A stretch of 64,000 bases of DNA from an uncultured Gemmatimonadales bacterium (lineage in GTDB: Bacteria > Gemmatimonadota > Gemmatimonadetes > Gemmatimonadales > GWC2-71-9). This document shows, in pieces, positions 31,062 through 40,452 of the stretch. The first letter of the stretch is position 1. Each line of letters starts with the position of its first letter. The position numbers and the translations under genes are program-made. The DNA lies in assembly GCA_963826065.1 (NCBI GenBank), contig CAWGVP010000006.1, positions 213,961 to 277,960 of the forward strand. The letters are read 5' to 3'. The notes below the pieces were generated by a model, which searched no databases, was not told where the DNA came from, and was given only the letters and a program-made list of their open reading frames with translations.

Positions 31062-32885
31062 TCAGGACGAGAATCCCGCCTTCGAGAGCCTTCGATCGAG
31101 GTCGTACGCCGCACTGATCAGCGCCAGGTGGGTGAATGCCTGCGGGAAGTTGCCCAGGTGCGCCCCGGCCGGCCCGATTTCCTCCGCGTAGAGTCCGACG
31201 TGGTTGGCGTATCCCAGCATTTTCTCGAAGAGGAAGCGGGCCTTCTGGAGGTCTCCGGACCGGGACAGGCACTCGATATACCAGAACGAACAGATCGAGA
31301 AGGTGCCTTCCGTGCCTTCCAGCCCGTCGGTCTCACTCCCTTCGATCTCGTAGCGGTACACCAGCGAGTCCTCCACCAGCCGCTCCTCCACCGCGCGCAT
31401 CGTGGAAAGCCATCGTGGGTCCCTGGCGGAGATGAAGCGCACCAACGGCATGATGAGGCAGGCGGCATCCAGCCGGGTCGTGCCCTTGACCCCGACGAAG
31501 GCTTCCAGTCTCGGGTCCCAGAAGTGGTCGTGCACCTCGCGATAGATCTCGTCCCGTGCTCCGCGCCAACGAGTGAGCGGCGCCGGGAACGATCGCTTGA
31601 CGGCCATGCGGATGCCGCGGTCGATGGCCACCCAGCACAGGACCCGGGAGTAGAGAAATTCCCGCTGGCCGCTGCGGACCTCCCAGACGCCGTCGTCGGG
31701 ACGCTGCCAGTTGTCGGCCACCCAGCTCACCAGTCCCGCAATGCGTCCCCAGAGACTGTAGCTGGTGGACTCCTCGTACTTGTCGTAGAGATAGATCGCG
31801 TCGAGCAGCTCGCCGTAGATGTCGAGCTGGAGCTGGTCCGCGGCGGCGTTGCCGATCCGGACCGGCCGCGATCCGCGGTAGCCCTCCAGGTGGTCCAGCG
31901 TCAGCTCCGTCAGGTCGCTTCCGCCCGCGATCGTGTAGAGCGTCTTGAGGGTCTCCGGCCGGCTGGACTCGAAGCGTTGGGCCAGCCACGCGATGAACGC
32001 GGCCGTCTCGCTCATCATGCCGAGCCGGCTCAGGGCGTACAGGGTGAAGGACGAGTCACGGATCCAGGAGTAGCGGTAGTCCCAGTTGCGCTCCCCGCCG
32101 ATCGTCTCCGGCAGTCCGAAGGTCGCCGCGGCCACGATCGAGCCGCTCCAGCGGGCGGTGAGCAGCTTGAGCGCGAGCGCGGAGCGATTCACCTCGTCGC
32201 GCCACCTGCCGGTGTAGGTCGAGCTCCCCATCCACTCCCGCCAGAAGTTCATCGTCCCCTTGAAGGATCCCTTCACGTATTCGTCGAGGTCGGTCGGGTA
32301 GTCCTCGTCGCCGGCGATCTGCTCCAGGATGAAGGTCGCGGTCTCACCCGCCGCCAGGGTGAACTCGCCGACCGCGTCGCCGCCCTCCTCCCGGAGCGGC
32401 ACCGACGAGGACAAGCGCAGCACGGTGCCGTCGTCGCCGGTGAAGACGGCGGCGCCCGATTCCAGCGCGACGGTGTGGGCCGAGCGGGCGTAGTCGAAGC
32501 GCGGGGCGCATCGCGCCTGGTACCGGATCTCACCCCTCACCGTCTTGGCCCGGCGGACCAGGCGGCTGGTATGCTCCCGGGGGTGGACCGGCATGAAGTC
32601 CGAGATCTCCACCACCCCTTCGGCGGCGAGAAACCGGGTGAGCAGCACGTTGGTGTCGGGGAGATAGAGCTGCTTGTGGCTCGGCTGGTCGAGGATCGGC
32701 GTGATGCTGAACGATCCGCCCTGGTCCGCGTCGAGCAGGCTGGCGAAGACCGAGGGAGAGTCGAAGTGCGGGAGACAGAGAAAATCCACCGTCCCGTCCA
32801 GCGCGACCAGCGCGGCCGTCTGGAGATCCCCGATGATGGCGTGCGCCTCGATCGGAGGATAGCGCCCGTCCTTGCCCCGCTTCAT
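31062..32885 (-). CDS. Glycoside hydrolase family 15 (trehalase/glucoamylase-like)
   Basis: IGDLQTAALV, LPETIGGERNWDYRYSWIRDS, QLDIYGE, GNFPQAFTH; own ATG at 32885. Confidence 0.93.
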   Translation of the reverse strand: MKRGKDGRYPPIEAHAIIGDLQTAALVALDGTVDFLCLPHFDSPSVFASLLDADQGGSFSITPILDQPSHKQLYLPDTNVLLTRFLAAEGVVEISDFMPVHPREHTSRLVRRAKTVRGEIRYQARCAPRFDYARSAHTVALESGAAVFTGDDGTVLRLSSSVPLREEGGDAVGEFTLAAGETATFILEQIAGDEDYPTDLDEYVKGSFKGTMNFWREWMGSSTYTGRWRDEVNRSALALKLLTARWSGSIVAAATFGLPETIGGERNWDYRYSWIRDSSFTLYALSRLGMMSETAAFIAWLAQRFESSRPETLKTLYTIAGGSDLTELTLDHLEGYRGSRPVRIGNAAADQLQLDIYGELLDAIYLYDKYEESTSYSLWGRIAGLVSWVADNWQRPDDGVWEVRSGQREFLYSRVLCWVAIDRGIRMAVKRSFPAPLTRWRGARDEIYREVHDHFWDPRLEAFVGVKGTTRLDAACLIMPLVRFISARDPRWLSTMRAVEERLVEDSLVYRYEIEGSETDGLEGTEGTFSICSFWYIECLSRSGDLQKARFLFEKMLGYANHVGLYAEEIGPAGAHLGNFPQAFTHLALISAAYDLDRRLSKAGFSS

Positions 32886-33998
32886 GGAGGCGTCACCGCG
32901 ACTACGTCCTTGATCCCGCCCCCGTCGGCGGCGAGCTGGCAGAACCGGTCCATCGGGTGCCGGCCGGTGATGAGGGCCTGCGAGCGCGCCGGGCCACGCC
33001 TTCCGGATCCTCCCCAGGTCTCTGGCGGCCGATTCGAAATCAGTCCGGCCGGCATTGACGGTGCCGAGCACGGTCTGGTTGCTCAACACCAGCCGGCGCA
33101 TGATGGCGTCGCCCGCCACCTGAATGCGGTGCTTGCGTCCCGGCACGCCGGTGAAGATGAAAACGCCGTTGGGCCCGAGCTGCTCCAGCGCATCGAAGGC
33201 GAGCTGTGAGGCGCCGGCCGCCTCGTAGACCAGATCGATCCGGCCCACCCGCTCCGCCAGCTTCGAGGTCGGCACATCGGCCGAGGACAGGTACGTCCCG
33301 CCGAGGCTCTGGACCAGCCGGGCCCTCCGCTCGCCCGCCGGTCCCCGGGAATACACCGTGACATTCAGGCCGCGGAGACGCAGCAGCATGCATCCGAGCA
33401 GTCCGACGGGTCCGGCGCCGAGCACCAGCGCTTTGCGGCCGGCGAACAGATCGGCGTCGGCGGCTTGCTGAAGCCACGGCAGGCGGCGCCGGACTTCCAG
33501 GAACTGCCGCAGGGCCTTCTCGGCGATGGTGAGGGGCTCCGTCAGGACGCCGACCTCGCGCAGCTCGGGCGCCAGCGGAACGAGGTAGCGCTCCTCCTCG
33601 ACGACCTCCTCGGCGAGGAAGCCGTGCGCGCCCACGATGCCGCGCTCGGAGTAGGCGCCGGTCTCGCAGAAATCGGGGTGCCCGGTGCGGCAGGCGGAAC
33701 ACTCGCGGCGGCCGCAGGGACGCCGTACCATCGGGACTACCAGGTCCCCCGGTGAGAGGCTCGAGACCGCCGGCCCCACTTCAATAACCTCTCCCAGGGC
33801 CTCGTGCCCCACCACGAGATGATCCTCGCCGGGCGGCGGCGTGCCACCGTAGTCGAAGCGGCAGATCTCCGCATCGGTACCGCAGATGCCGACATCGATC
33901 ACCCGGAATCGAACGGAAGTCGGCGAGCCGATGGCCGGCGGTGCGCGATCCTCCACGCTCACCCGCCTGCTCTCCAACCACACGGCAACGGCCTTCAT
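32882..33998 (-). CDS. Zn-dependent glucose 1-dehydrogenase, frameshifted near 32981 (reads through into GH15)
   Basis: GICGTD, GHE, CxxxxCxxC...C, GAGPVG; family-type C-terminus ALITGRHP...GGIKDVV* lies in another frame ending at an ATGA overlap (32882). Confidence 0.85.
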
Positions 33999-34155
33999 GC
34001 GCGGGCCCGGTTCCGAGAGGTCGCCATGTCAGAGATATGCACGACCCCGAAGCTCTTGCCAACCCATCCTGACAGGCCAATCTTCGGCTGTTGATGCATC
34101 CGTCTCCGCTTTCACCCGGGCGCGACGTCGGCTTCCATTCACCGGTCAATCGTCC

Positions 34156-34620
34156 ATGCCCTCCGACTCCCGCCCCATGTCGCACTCCACCGGCACCATC
34201 ACCACGTTCGTCATGCCCCACATGCAGAACGTGCGTGGCGACCTGTTCGGCGGTGAGCTGATGGCGCTGGTGGACCAGGCGGCGGCGGTGGCGGCGATCA
34301 GGCACGCGGGGGGGCCGGCGGTGACCGCGAGGATCGACCGGGTGGACTTCAAGGAGCGGATCCCGGTGGGCGCGCTGGTCACCTGCATCGCCACCGTGGA
34401 CTTCGTGGGTAACTCCTCCATGGACATCACGGTCGACGTCTACGCCGAGAAGGTGAGCACGGGCGACCGGAGCCACACCCATACCGCGCACGTGGTGTTC
34501 GTCGCCGTGGATGAATCGGGCAAGCCGACGCGGGTGCCCCGCCTGATACCGGAGACCGACGAGGAGCGGGAGCGCTACGCCCGGGCGGAGGAGCATCGGC
34601 GGGGACAGAAACGGAAGTGA
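34156..34620 (+). CDS. Acyl-CoA thioesterase (hotdog, YciA-like)
   Basis: NVRGDLFGG...DQAA, VGNSSM, FVAVD. Confidence 0.92.
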   Translation: MPSDSRPMSHSTGTITTFVMPHMQNVRGDLFGGELMALVDQAAAVAAIRHAGGPAVTARIDRVDFKERIPVGALVTCIATVDFVGNSSMDITVDVYAEKVSTGDRSHTHTAHVVFVAVDESGKPTRVPRLIPETDEERERYARAEEHRRGQKRK

Positions 34621-35459
34621 GCGCGGCCGGGTCGACCGGAGTCACCGTGGTCCTGAGCGGCGGCGGGGCCAAGACCGCCGCGCACATCGGAGCCGCGCGG
34701 GCCGTCGAGGAGGCGGGAATGACTCCGGTGCGCTACGTCGCCACCTCGATGGGCGCGGTCGTCGCGGCGGCGCTCGCGGCGGGTGCGGACCGGGCGGCGC
34801 TTCCCGCGCGGCTCGGCGCCGTGGGGAGGGCGGGGGTGGTGCGCGAGCCTTTCGCCGTCGTCCGGGGCCTCTTCTCCCGGGGGCTCCTCCGCGCGGCGCC
34901 CTTTCGCCGGGCGGTCGAGCAGCTCGTCCCCGTGCGGCGGTTCGCCGAGCTCTCCGTCCCGATCACGGTCAGCGTGGTGGATCTCGACACCGGCGAGCTG
35001 CTGCTCTTCGGCGAGGGGGGTGAGGACGCGCCGCTGGTGGACGTGCTCTGCGCCAGCTGCGCGCTGCCGGTGTACTACCCTCCAGTCGTGCTGGCGGGCC
35101 GGCGCTGCGGTGACGGAGGCCTGCGGGGGCCGTTGCCGCTCGATGTCGCGGCGCGGCTCGCGCGCGAGACGGTGGTGGCGGTGGATGTCGGTCCCGGACT
35201 CGATGCCATGGCCGCGCGGGCGGCCGGCGACGCTCCACCGGTGGTGCGGGCCCACGACGATGCGGTCGGCGCCCTCATGGCCACCGCGACCGCCTCCCAG
35301 CTCGCCCTCTGGCGGGCCGATTCCGGACGGCCGCCGATGGTGTACGTGCGGCCGCGGGTCGAGCGGGACGTCACCTTCCGGGTGGATCGCATCGGCGAAT
35401 ACGTGGAGCACGGCTACCGCGCGACGCGCGACGCGCTCGGCGCGGCGGCACGGCCTTGA
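34617..35459 (+). CDS. Patatin-like phospholipase
   Basis: LSGGGAK, ATSMG, ASCALP, DGG. Confidence 0.88.
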   Translation: MSAAGSTGVTVVLSGGGAKTAAHIGAARAVEEAGMTPVRYVATSMGAVVAAALAAGADRAALPARLGAVGRAGVVREPFAVVRGLFSRGLLRAAPFRRAVEQLVPVRRFAELSVPITVSVVDLDTGELLLFGEGGEDAPLVDVLCASCALPVYYPPVVLAGRRCGDGGLRGPLPLDVAARLARETVVAVDVGPGLDAMAARAAGDAPPVVRAHDDAVGALMATATASQLALWRADSGRPPMVYVRPRVERDVTFRVDRIGEYVEHGYRATRDALGAAARP

Positions 35460-35490
35460 CCCGCATCTCCACGGGGGCAAATTGAGCCAG

Positions 35491-35907
35491 ATGAAAGCTT
35501 CGGAAGCGATGGTACCCGATCCGCACGTCGCGGTGGCGGGCGCGATGGCCAGCGAGGTGGCGATCATGCTCAAGACCCGCAACATCTCGGTGGTGCCGGT
35601 GGTCGACGATCACCGGACCCGCCGGTTCCTCGGCACGTTGAGCGACCGCGATCTGGTCACGCGCTGCCTGGCGGAGGGGAAGCACCCCTGGCACACCAGG
35701 GTCGATACGCTGATGCGGACCAACTCCCCGGTGGTCCAGCCGGACCAGGAGCTCGACGGATACCGGATCCGCATGGACCTCGACCCCAACGAGTCCCACC
35801 TTCGGCCGACGATCACCGTGGTGGACGGGGACCGGCGCGTGGTAGGCTTCATCAGCCACCCGGAGCTGGTAGCCGGGATCGAGATCGTCTGGGGGGACCA
35901 TGCCTGA
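35491..35907 (+). CDS. CBS domain protein
   Basis: VPVVDD...GTLSDRDLV; second degenerate CBS repeat. Confidence 0.82.
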   Translation: MKASEAMVPDPHVAVAGAMASEVAIMLKTRNISVVPVVDDHRTRRFLGTLSDRDLVTRCLAEGKHPWHTRVDTLMRTNSPVVQPDQELDGYRIRMDLDPNESHLRPTITVVDGDRRVVGFISHPELVAGIEIVWGDHA

Positions 35908-36325
35908 CTTGAAGCTCTTCACGCTCGAGGAGGCGGAGCGCACGCTGCCGCTGGTGCGGCGGGTGGTGCAGGATCTCACCGCCGAGTATCCGGTGTGGCG
36001 GGCCGCGGTCGCGCGCTTCGAGCTTCTGACCGGGGGCGCGCGCGCCGACTGGGGCGAGACCGGTGAGCTGCTCGCCGCGCGGGAAGACGTCACCCTCCAC
36101 GCCGACCGGATCAACCGCTACCTCCAGGAGCTCGAGGGCGTGGGCTGCGTGTTCAAGGGGTTCGACGCCGGCCTGGTGGATTTCTATTCACTGCGGGAGG
36201 ATCGGCCGATCTTCCTCTGCTGGAAGCTGGGTGAGGAGCGCATCAGCCACTGGCACGAGATCGACGCGGGATTCTCCGGACGGCAGCCGATCGACGGCGC
36301 GATCCTCTCCGCGATGTCGTCGTGA
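35900..36325 (+). CDS. DUF2203 family protein
   Basis: FTLEEA...LP, GLVDF, LCWKLGE..I.HWH...GF.GRQPI. Confidence 0.88.
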   Translation: MPDLKLFTLEEAERTLPLVRRVVQDLTAEYPVWRAAVARFELLTGGARADWGETGELLAAREDVTLHADRINRYLQELEGVGCVFKGFDAGLVDFYSLREDRPIFLCWKLGEERISHWHEIDAGFSGRQPIDGAILSAMSS

Positions 36326-36780
36326 CCCGCCTCTGGGTCCTGCTGCACATCGTCGGCTTCACGCTATGGATCGGCGGCGGGCTCGCCTCGATGGTGGCGG
36401 GCATCGTGTCCAGGCGCGAGGAGCGGGGCGGGCTCGGAGCGGTGGTGCGGTCGCAGGCGGCTGTGCAGCGGCTGCTGGTGGCCCCCGGGGCGCTGCTCGC
36501 GGTGCTGTCGGGCCTGATGCTGACCTTCGCGCGGACGGGTGGCTCGGGCGGTCAGATCGGGTTCAGCTTCTGGCTGGTTCTGATGCAGGGCGCGGGGCTT
36601 CTCGGGGCCCTGGTCGTGCTGCTCGTCGGGCTGCCGACGGCGTCCAAGCTCGCGCGGATCGATCCGGCCGGGCAGCACGCGGCGTACTTCGACGAGCTTC
36701 GGCAGCGACAGCGGGTCACGTCGTCCATCGCGGGGGTGCTGGCGCTCGCGGCGCTGGTCGGGGGGGCGATGCTGGCGTAG
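36322..36780 (+). CDS. Four-TM membrane protein (DUF2269-like)
   Basis: LHIVG..LWIGG, four hydrophobic segments, GTGA coupling. Confidence 0.75.
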   Translation: MTRLWVLLHIVGFTLWIGGGLASMVAGIVSRREERGGLGAVVRSQAAVQRLLVAPGALLAVLSGLMLTFARTGGSGGQIGFSFWLVLMQGAGLLGALVVLLVGLPTASKLARIDPAGQHAAYFDELRQRQRVTSSIAGVLALAALVGGAMLA

Positions 36781-36797
36781 GGGGTGGGGTGGTGGGG

Positions 36798-36896
36798 GGC
36801 ATTGGCCCCTTCGCTTCGCTCAGGGTGACACGGGATGCCAGGGGAGTCGTGACAGCATGGACGTGTCACCCTGAGCGAAGCGAAGGGGCCAATGCC
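36798..36896. repeat. Perfect 35-bp inverted repeat of two REP-like arms (locus C, tags facing inward)
   Basis: GGCATTGGCCCCTTCGCTTCGCTCAGGGTGACACG 36798-36832 is the exact reverse complement of 36862-36896. Confidence 0.95.
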
Positions 36897-37168
36897 AGGT
36901 CCAGCCACCTCGGATTCTGACTCTCGATCAGCTCGATCTTCCGCATCCGTCTCCAGCCTTTGAGCTGTTTCTCCCGCCGGATCGCGTCCAGGACGTCCCC
37001 CGTCCGCTCAACGAACACCAGGCGGAAGATCTCGTGCCGGTACGCATGGTCATCCGGGGCGATGCCGGCACGATGCTCGGCGACCCGCCTGGCGAGGTCG
37101 TTGGTGACACCGACGTAGAGCTCGCGGGACCGACTGGCCAGGATGTAGACGAAGTAGTCCCGGGGCAT
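36866..37168 (-). CDS. Stand-alone GIY-YIG nuclease (YhbQ/UPF0213-like)
   Basis: YFVYILAS...LYVGVTNDLARRVAEH...AIRREKQLKGWRR..KI.LIE..NP.W.DL. Confidence 0.93.
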   Translation of the reverse strand: MPRDYFVYILASRSRELYVGVTNDLARRVAEHRAGIAPDDHAYRHEIFRLVFVERTGDVLDAIRREKQLKGWRRMRKIELIESQNPRWLDLALAPSLRSG

Positions 37169-37214
37169 TCGGGACCATTGCGGGGATCCGTCAAAGGAGA
37201 CTCAAGCGGGGTTA

Positions 37215-37242
37215 TGGCCCCTTCGCTGCGCTCAGGGTGACA
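37215..37242 (-). repeat. REP-like arm upstream of the GIY-YIG gene (locus C, third arm)
   Basis: Minus strand reads TGTCACCCTGAGCGCAGCGAAGGGGCCA. Confidence 0.92.
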
Positions 37243-37927
37243 ATGTCCCGGCCATGCCGCGGGTCCGGCGCCCCATCCGGCACGCCGCCCGGACCGGGCA
37301 CTCCCCGCACCGCGCTACTCTCGCCGTGCACACCAGCGCGCCGAGTTCCATGATGGCCTGATTGAACTCCCAGGCGCGCTTCCCCTGTCGCGGCACGATC
37401 AGCCCCGCGGTTTCCCAGATCCGCCGCGGCGCGACGGGCCGGGACGGGTGGTGGAACGCCCGGCGAATCACCCGAGCGACGTTGGTGTCCACCGCCGGCG
37501 TGGCCCGCTCGAAGGCGAAGCACGCCACCGCGCCCGCGGTATACCGGCCGATTCCCGGCAGCCGCGCCAGCACCGCGGGGTCGTCCGGCACGGTGCCGCC
37601 GTGTTCCCCCACGACGGTCTGCGCCAGCCGGTGCAGGTTCGCCGCCCGGCGATAATACCCGAGCCCCTCCCAGCTCTCCCTCACCATCGCCGGGGGCGCC
37701 GCCGCCAGCGCCTCGATGGACGGATAGCGCTCGAGAAACCGGTGATAATAGGCCTCGACCCGGGACACCTGGGTCTGCTGAAGCATGAATTCCGAGACCA
37801 CGATGTGGTACGGATCGCGGGTCCGGCGCCAGGGAAGGTCACGGCCGTGGCGGCGGAACCAGCGCAGCAGGCGCCGACGGAACGCCGACGTCTGGAGTGT
37901 GCGGCATGCCCTAGACTTACGCGGCAT
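37232..37927 (-). CDS. mutY: A/G-specific adenine glycosylase, short form (HhH-GPD + 4Fe-4S, no C-terminal NUDIX-like domain)
   Basis: RDLPWR, VSEFMLQQTQV, WEGLGYYRRA, LPGIGRYTA, VDTNV, CX6CX2CX5C. Confidence 0.88.
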   Translation of the reverse strand: MPRKSRACRTLQTSAFRRRLLRWFRRHGRDLPWRRTRDPYHIVVSEFMLQQTQVSRVEAYYHRFLERYPSIEALAAAPPAMVRESWEGLGYYRRAANLHRLAQTVVGEHGGTVPDDPAVLARLPGIGRYTAGAVACFAFERATPAVDTNVARVIRRAFHHPSRPVAPRRIWETAGLIVPRQGKRAWEFNQAIMELGALVCTARVARCGECPVRAACRMGRRTRGMAGTLSP

Positions 37928-37983
37928 GGGGGGCGAAGATACGTCCGGTCGACCCCAGGCGCTATCGGACAACTGACACAAAC

Positions 37984-38769
37984 ATGGACGCCCAGACACT
38001 CGATCTCCGCCGCTTCGTCGGCCGCTGGACGCTCAACGCCATGTCGCACGTCGGCCGGGTGTCCCTCATGGTGTGGGACGCCATCCGGAGCTTGAGCGAG
38101 TGGCGGGTGTGGTTCCCCCGGACCATGACCGAGGCGTGGAACATCGGGGTCGGCAGCCTCTTCATCGTCCTGCTCATCTCCGGCTTCGCCGGCGCCGTCA
38201 CGGCGCTCCAGGCTCGCTACCAGTTCACCGGCACCATCCCCATCTACTATCTGGCCGGCGTGGTGGTCGAATCCATCGTGCTCGAGCTCGGCCCCGTGCT
38301 CACCGGGCTGGTGCTGGCGGGCCGCATCGGCGCGCGCTACGCGGCGGAGCTGGGCACGATGCGGGTCACCGAGCAGATCGACGCCCTGGAGAGCCTGGGG
38401 CGCTCGCCGGGATCGCATCTCATCGTGCCCCGGGTGCTGGCCGGATTCATCATGATCCCGGTCCTCGTCATCCTGGCCGACGTGATGGGGATCTTCGCGG
38501 GCTGGTTCTCGATGACGATGGTGCTCCCGATCACCAACGAGGATTTCACCTACGGCGCCCGCTCCTTCTGGCGCCCCTTCGACGCCACCTACTCGGTCAT
38601 CAAGGCCTTCTTCTTCGCCGGCTCGATCACCATCATCGCCTGCTACATGGGCTTCAACACCCAGCAGGGCGCCGAAGGTGTCGGCCGGGCGACCACGGGG
38701 GCGGTGGTGAGCAGCTCGGTGCTGATCCTGCTGCTCGACGTGCTCCTCGCCAACCTGCTGCTTGCCTGA
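37984..38769 (+). CDS. mlaE: MlaE family ABC permease
   Basis: ELGPVL...AGRIGA..AAELGTMRVTEQIDALE, GAEGVGRATT. Confidence 0.93.
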   Translation: MDAQTLDLRRFVGRWTLNAMSHVGRVSLMVWDAIRSLSEWRVWFPRTMTEAWNIGVGSLFIVLLISGFAGAVTALQARYQFTGTIPIYYLAGVVVESIVLELGPVLTGLVLAGRIGARYAAELGTMRVTEQIDALESLGRSPGSHLIVPRVLAGFIMIPVLVILADVMGIFAGWFSMTMVLPITNEDFTYGARSFWRPFDATYSVIKAFFFAGSITIIACYMGFNTQQGAEGVGRATTGAVVSSSVLILLLDVLLANLLLA

Positions 38770-39521
38770 TGATCGTTCTCCGCGACGTCCGCAAGCGATT
38801 CGGCAGCCAGGTGGTGCTCGATGGCGTCGATCTCGACGTGCAGGAGGGCGAGACCCTGGCGCTGCTCGGTCCCTCCGGTACGGGGAAGAGCGTCCTGCTC
38901 AAGCACATCATCGGGCTGATCAGGCCGGACACCGGCACCGTCGTGGTGGACGATCTGGACGTCGGCAAGCTCAAGCGGAAGGAGCTCGCGGAGCTGCGCT
39001 CGCGGATCGGCTACGTGTTCCAGAACGGCGCGCTCTTCGACTCCATGAACGTGTTCGAGAACGTCCGGCTGGGTATCACCGACGGGGAGAAGTACCGGGA
39101 TGAGGATTACGCCCGGGAGCGGGTCGCCGGGTGCCTGAAGCTGGTGAACCTCGCGCCCGACGTGATGGCGAAGTTCCCGGCGGAGCTGTCTGGCGGGATG
39201 CGGAAGCGGGTGGGGATCGCGCGGGCGATCGCCGGGAGCCCCAAGTATCTCCTCTACGACGAGCCCACCTCGGGCCTCGATCCGGTCAACGCCGACGTGA
39301 TCGACAGCCTGGTCAAGCGGCTCGACAACGAGCTGGGCGTCACCAGCGTGATGGTGACCCACGACGTACGGGGCGCCTTCCGCACCGCCGACCGGCTGGC
39401 CCTGCTCACCGGCGGGAAGATCGTGCAGCAGGGCACCCAGGAGGAGTTCCTGAAGTCGCGCAATCCCAAGGTCCAGGAGTTTCTGGAGCGCGATTTCCCG
39501 GACGCCACTTTCGCCGCATGA
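38769..39521 (+). CDS. mlaF: MlaF family ABC ATPase
   Basis: GPSGTGKS, FQNGALFDSM, LSGGMRKR, YDEPTSGLDP. Confidence 0.93.
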   Translation: MIVLRDVRKRFGSQVVLDGVDLDVQEGETLALLGPSGTGKSVLLKHIIGLIRPDTGTVVVDDLDVGKLKRKELAELRSRIGYVFQNGALFDSMNVFENVRLGITDGEKYRDEDYARERVAGCLKLVNLAPDVMAKFPAELSGGMRKRVGIARAIAGSPKYLLYDEPTSGLDPVNADVIDSLVKRLDNELGVTSVMVTHDVRGAFRTADRLALLTGGKIVQQGTQEEFLKSRNPKVQEFLERDFPDATFAA

Positions 39522-39528
39522 GAGCGAC

Positions 39529-40440
39529 ATGGATCTGAGTTACAAGAGGGAAGTCACCGTCGGCACGCTCGTGATCCTCGCGGTGGTGCTGTTCATCGTG
39601 GGGTCCAGCTGGCTGAGTGGCCGCTCGGTCGGGGCCGACGAGGACGACTTCTGGAAGATTCAGTTCAAGAGCGCCGGCAACCTCAAGGCGAGCTCGGTGG
39701 TGAAGATCTCCGGCGTCGCGGTGGGAAAGGTGGAGCGGATCCGCCTGGAGGACGTGGGAAGAGTGATCGTGTCGGTGACGCTGCCGGAGAAGATCGTGCC
39801 CAAGGTGGACGCCACGGCCAAGATCGTGGCGGTCGGGTTCGTGGGCGACGCGGCCATCGAGCTCGATCCCGGCAAGGCGTCCCAGAACCTGTCGCGCCAG
39901 CGCGTGATCATCGGCGCGGAGGAGGGCGGCCTGTCGGACCTGGCCCAGTCGCTCGGCGACCGGGCGGACAGCGTTCTTCTCGGCGCGCAGCAGATCGTGA
40001 ACAAGCGTACCGCGGACGAGCTGTACGCCACGCTCACGGCGCTCCAGGGCACGCTGAAGGCGGCGGAGCGGACGATGGGGGTCTACGGCGATCCCAACAA
40101 GGGGCCGACCGCCCAGCTCACCCGGACGATGGCGTCGCTGGAGCAGCTCACCACCCGGCTCGACAGCACCCTCGCGAATCCGGCGCTCTCCCGCACGCTC
40201 AACCGCGCGGACACGCTCACCGCGAACCTGGCGAGCATGACCGCGCAGCTCACCTCGACCGGCGCGCGGCTCGACACCCTGCTGCTGGGGATGAACCAGG
40301 GCCGCGGTACTCTCGGCAAGTTCGCGACGGATACCGGGTTCTACGGTGACATCCGGAAGCTGTCGCAGTCCATGCAGGAGCTGCTCGACGAGCTGAAGAA
40401 GCATCCGGGGAAGATCCCGGTGACGGTGAAGCTGTTCTAG
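39529..40440 (+). CDS. mlaD: MlaD/MCE family protein
   Basis: N-terminal TM, GNLK.SSVVKISGVAVGKV MCE motif, helical tail, GTLGK. Confidence 0.88.
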   Translation: MDLSYKREVTVGTLVILAVVLFIVGSSWLSGRSVGADEDDFWKIQFKSAGNLKASSVVKISGVAVGKVERIRLEDVGRVIVSVTLPEKIVPKVDATAKIVAVGFVGDAAIELDPGKASQNLSRQRVIIGAEEGGLSDLAQSLGDRADSVLLGAQQIVNKRTADELYATLTALQGTLKAAERTMGVYGDPNKGPTAQLTRTMASLEQLTTRLDSTLANPALSRTLNRADTLTANLASMTAQLTSTGARLDTLLLGMNQGRGTLGKFATDTGFYGDIRKLSQSMQELLDELKKHPGKIPVTVKLF

Positions 40441-40452
40441 CACGGTGTCACC

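Larger units (their letters stand above)
36864..37242. mobile_element. Candidate REP-flanked GIY-YIG element (about 380 bp)
   Basis: TGTCACCCTGAGCG...GIY-YIG ORF...CGCTCAGGGTGACA has the same end geometry as the empty doublets; mobility is inferred, not shown. Confidence 0.5.

Noticed and set aside
31062-33998. 978-aa ORF as an established bifunctional enzyme
   Set aside because: The native dehydrogenase C-terminus and ATGA coupling are present in another frame; better explained by a 1-bp indel
36780-36799. G-run beside the REP as a G-quadruplex
   Set aside because: Only three runs of at least 3 G; unremarkable at this GC content
36798-37242. Repeat cluster as a CRISPR array
   Set aside because: Arms are inverted and irregularly spaced, with no repeat-spacer periodicity and no cas genes
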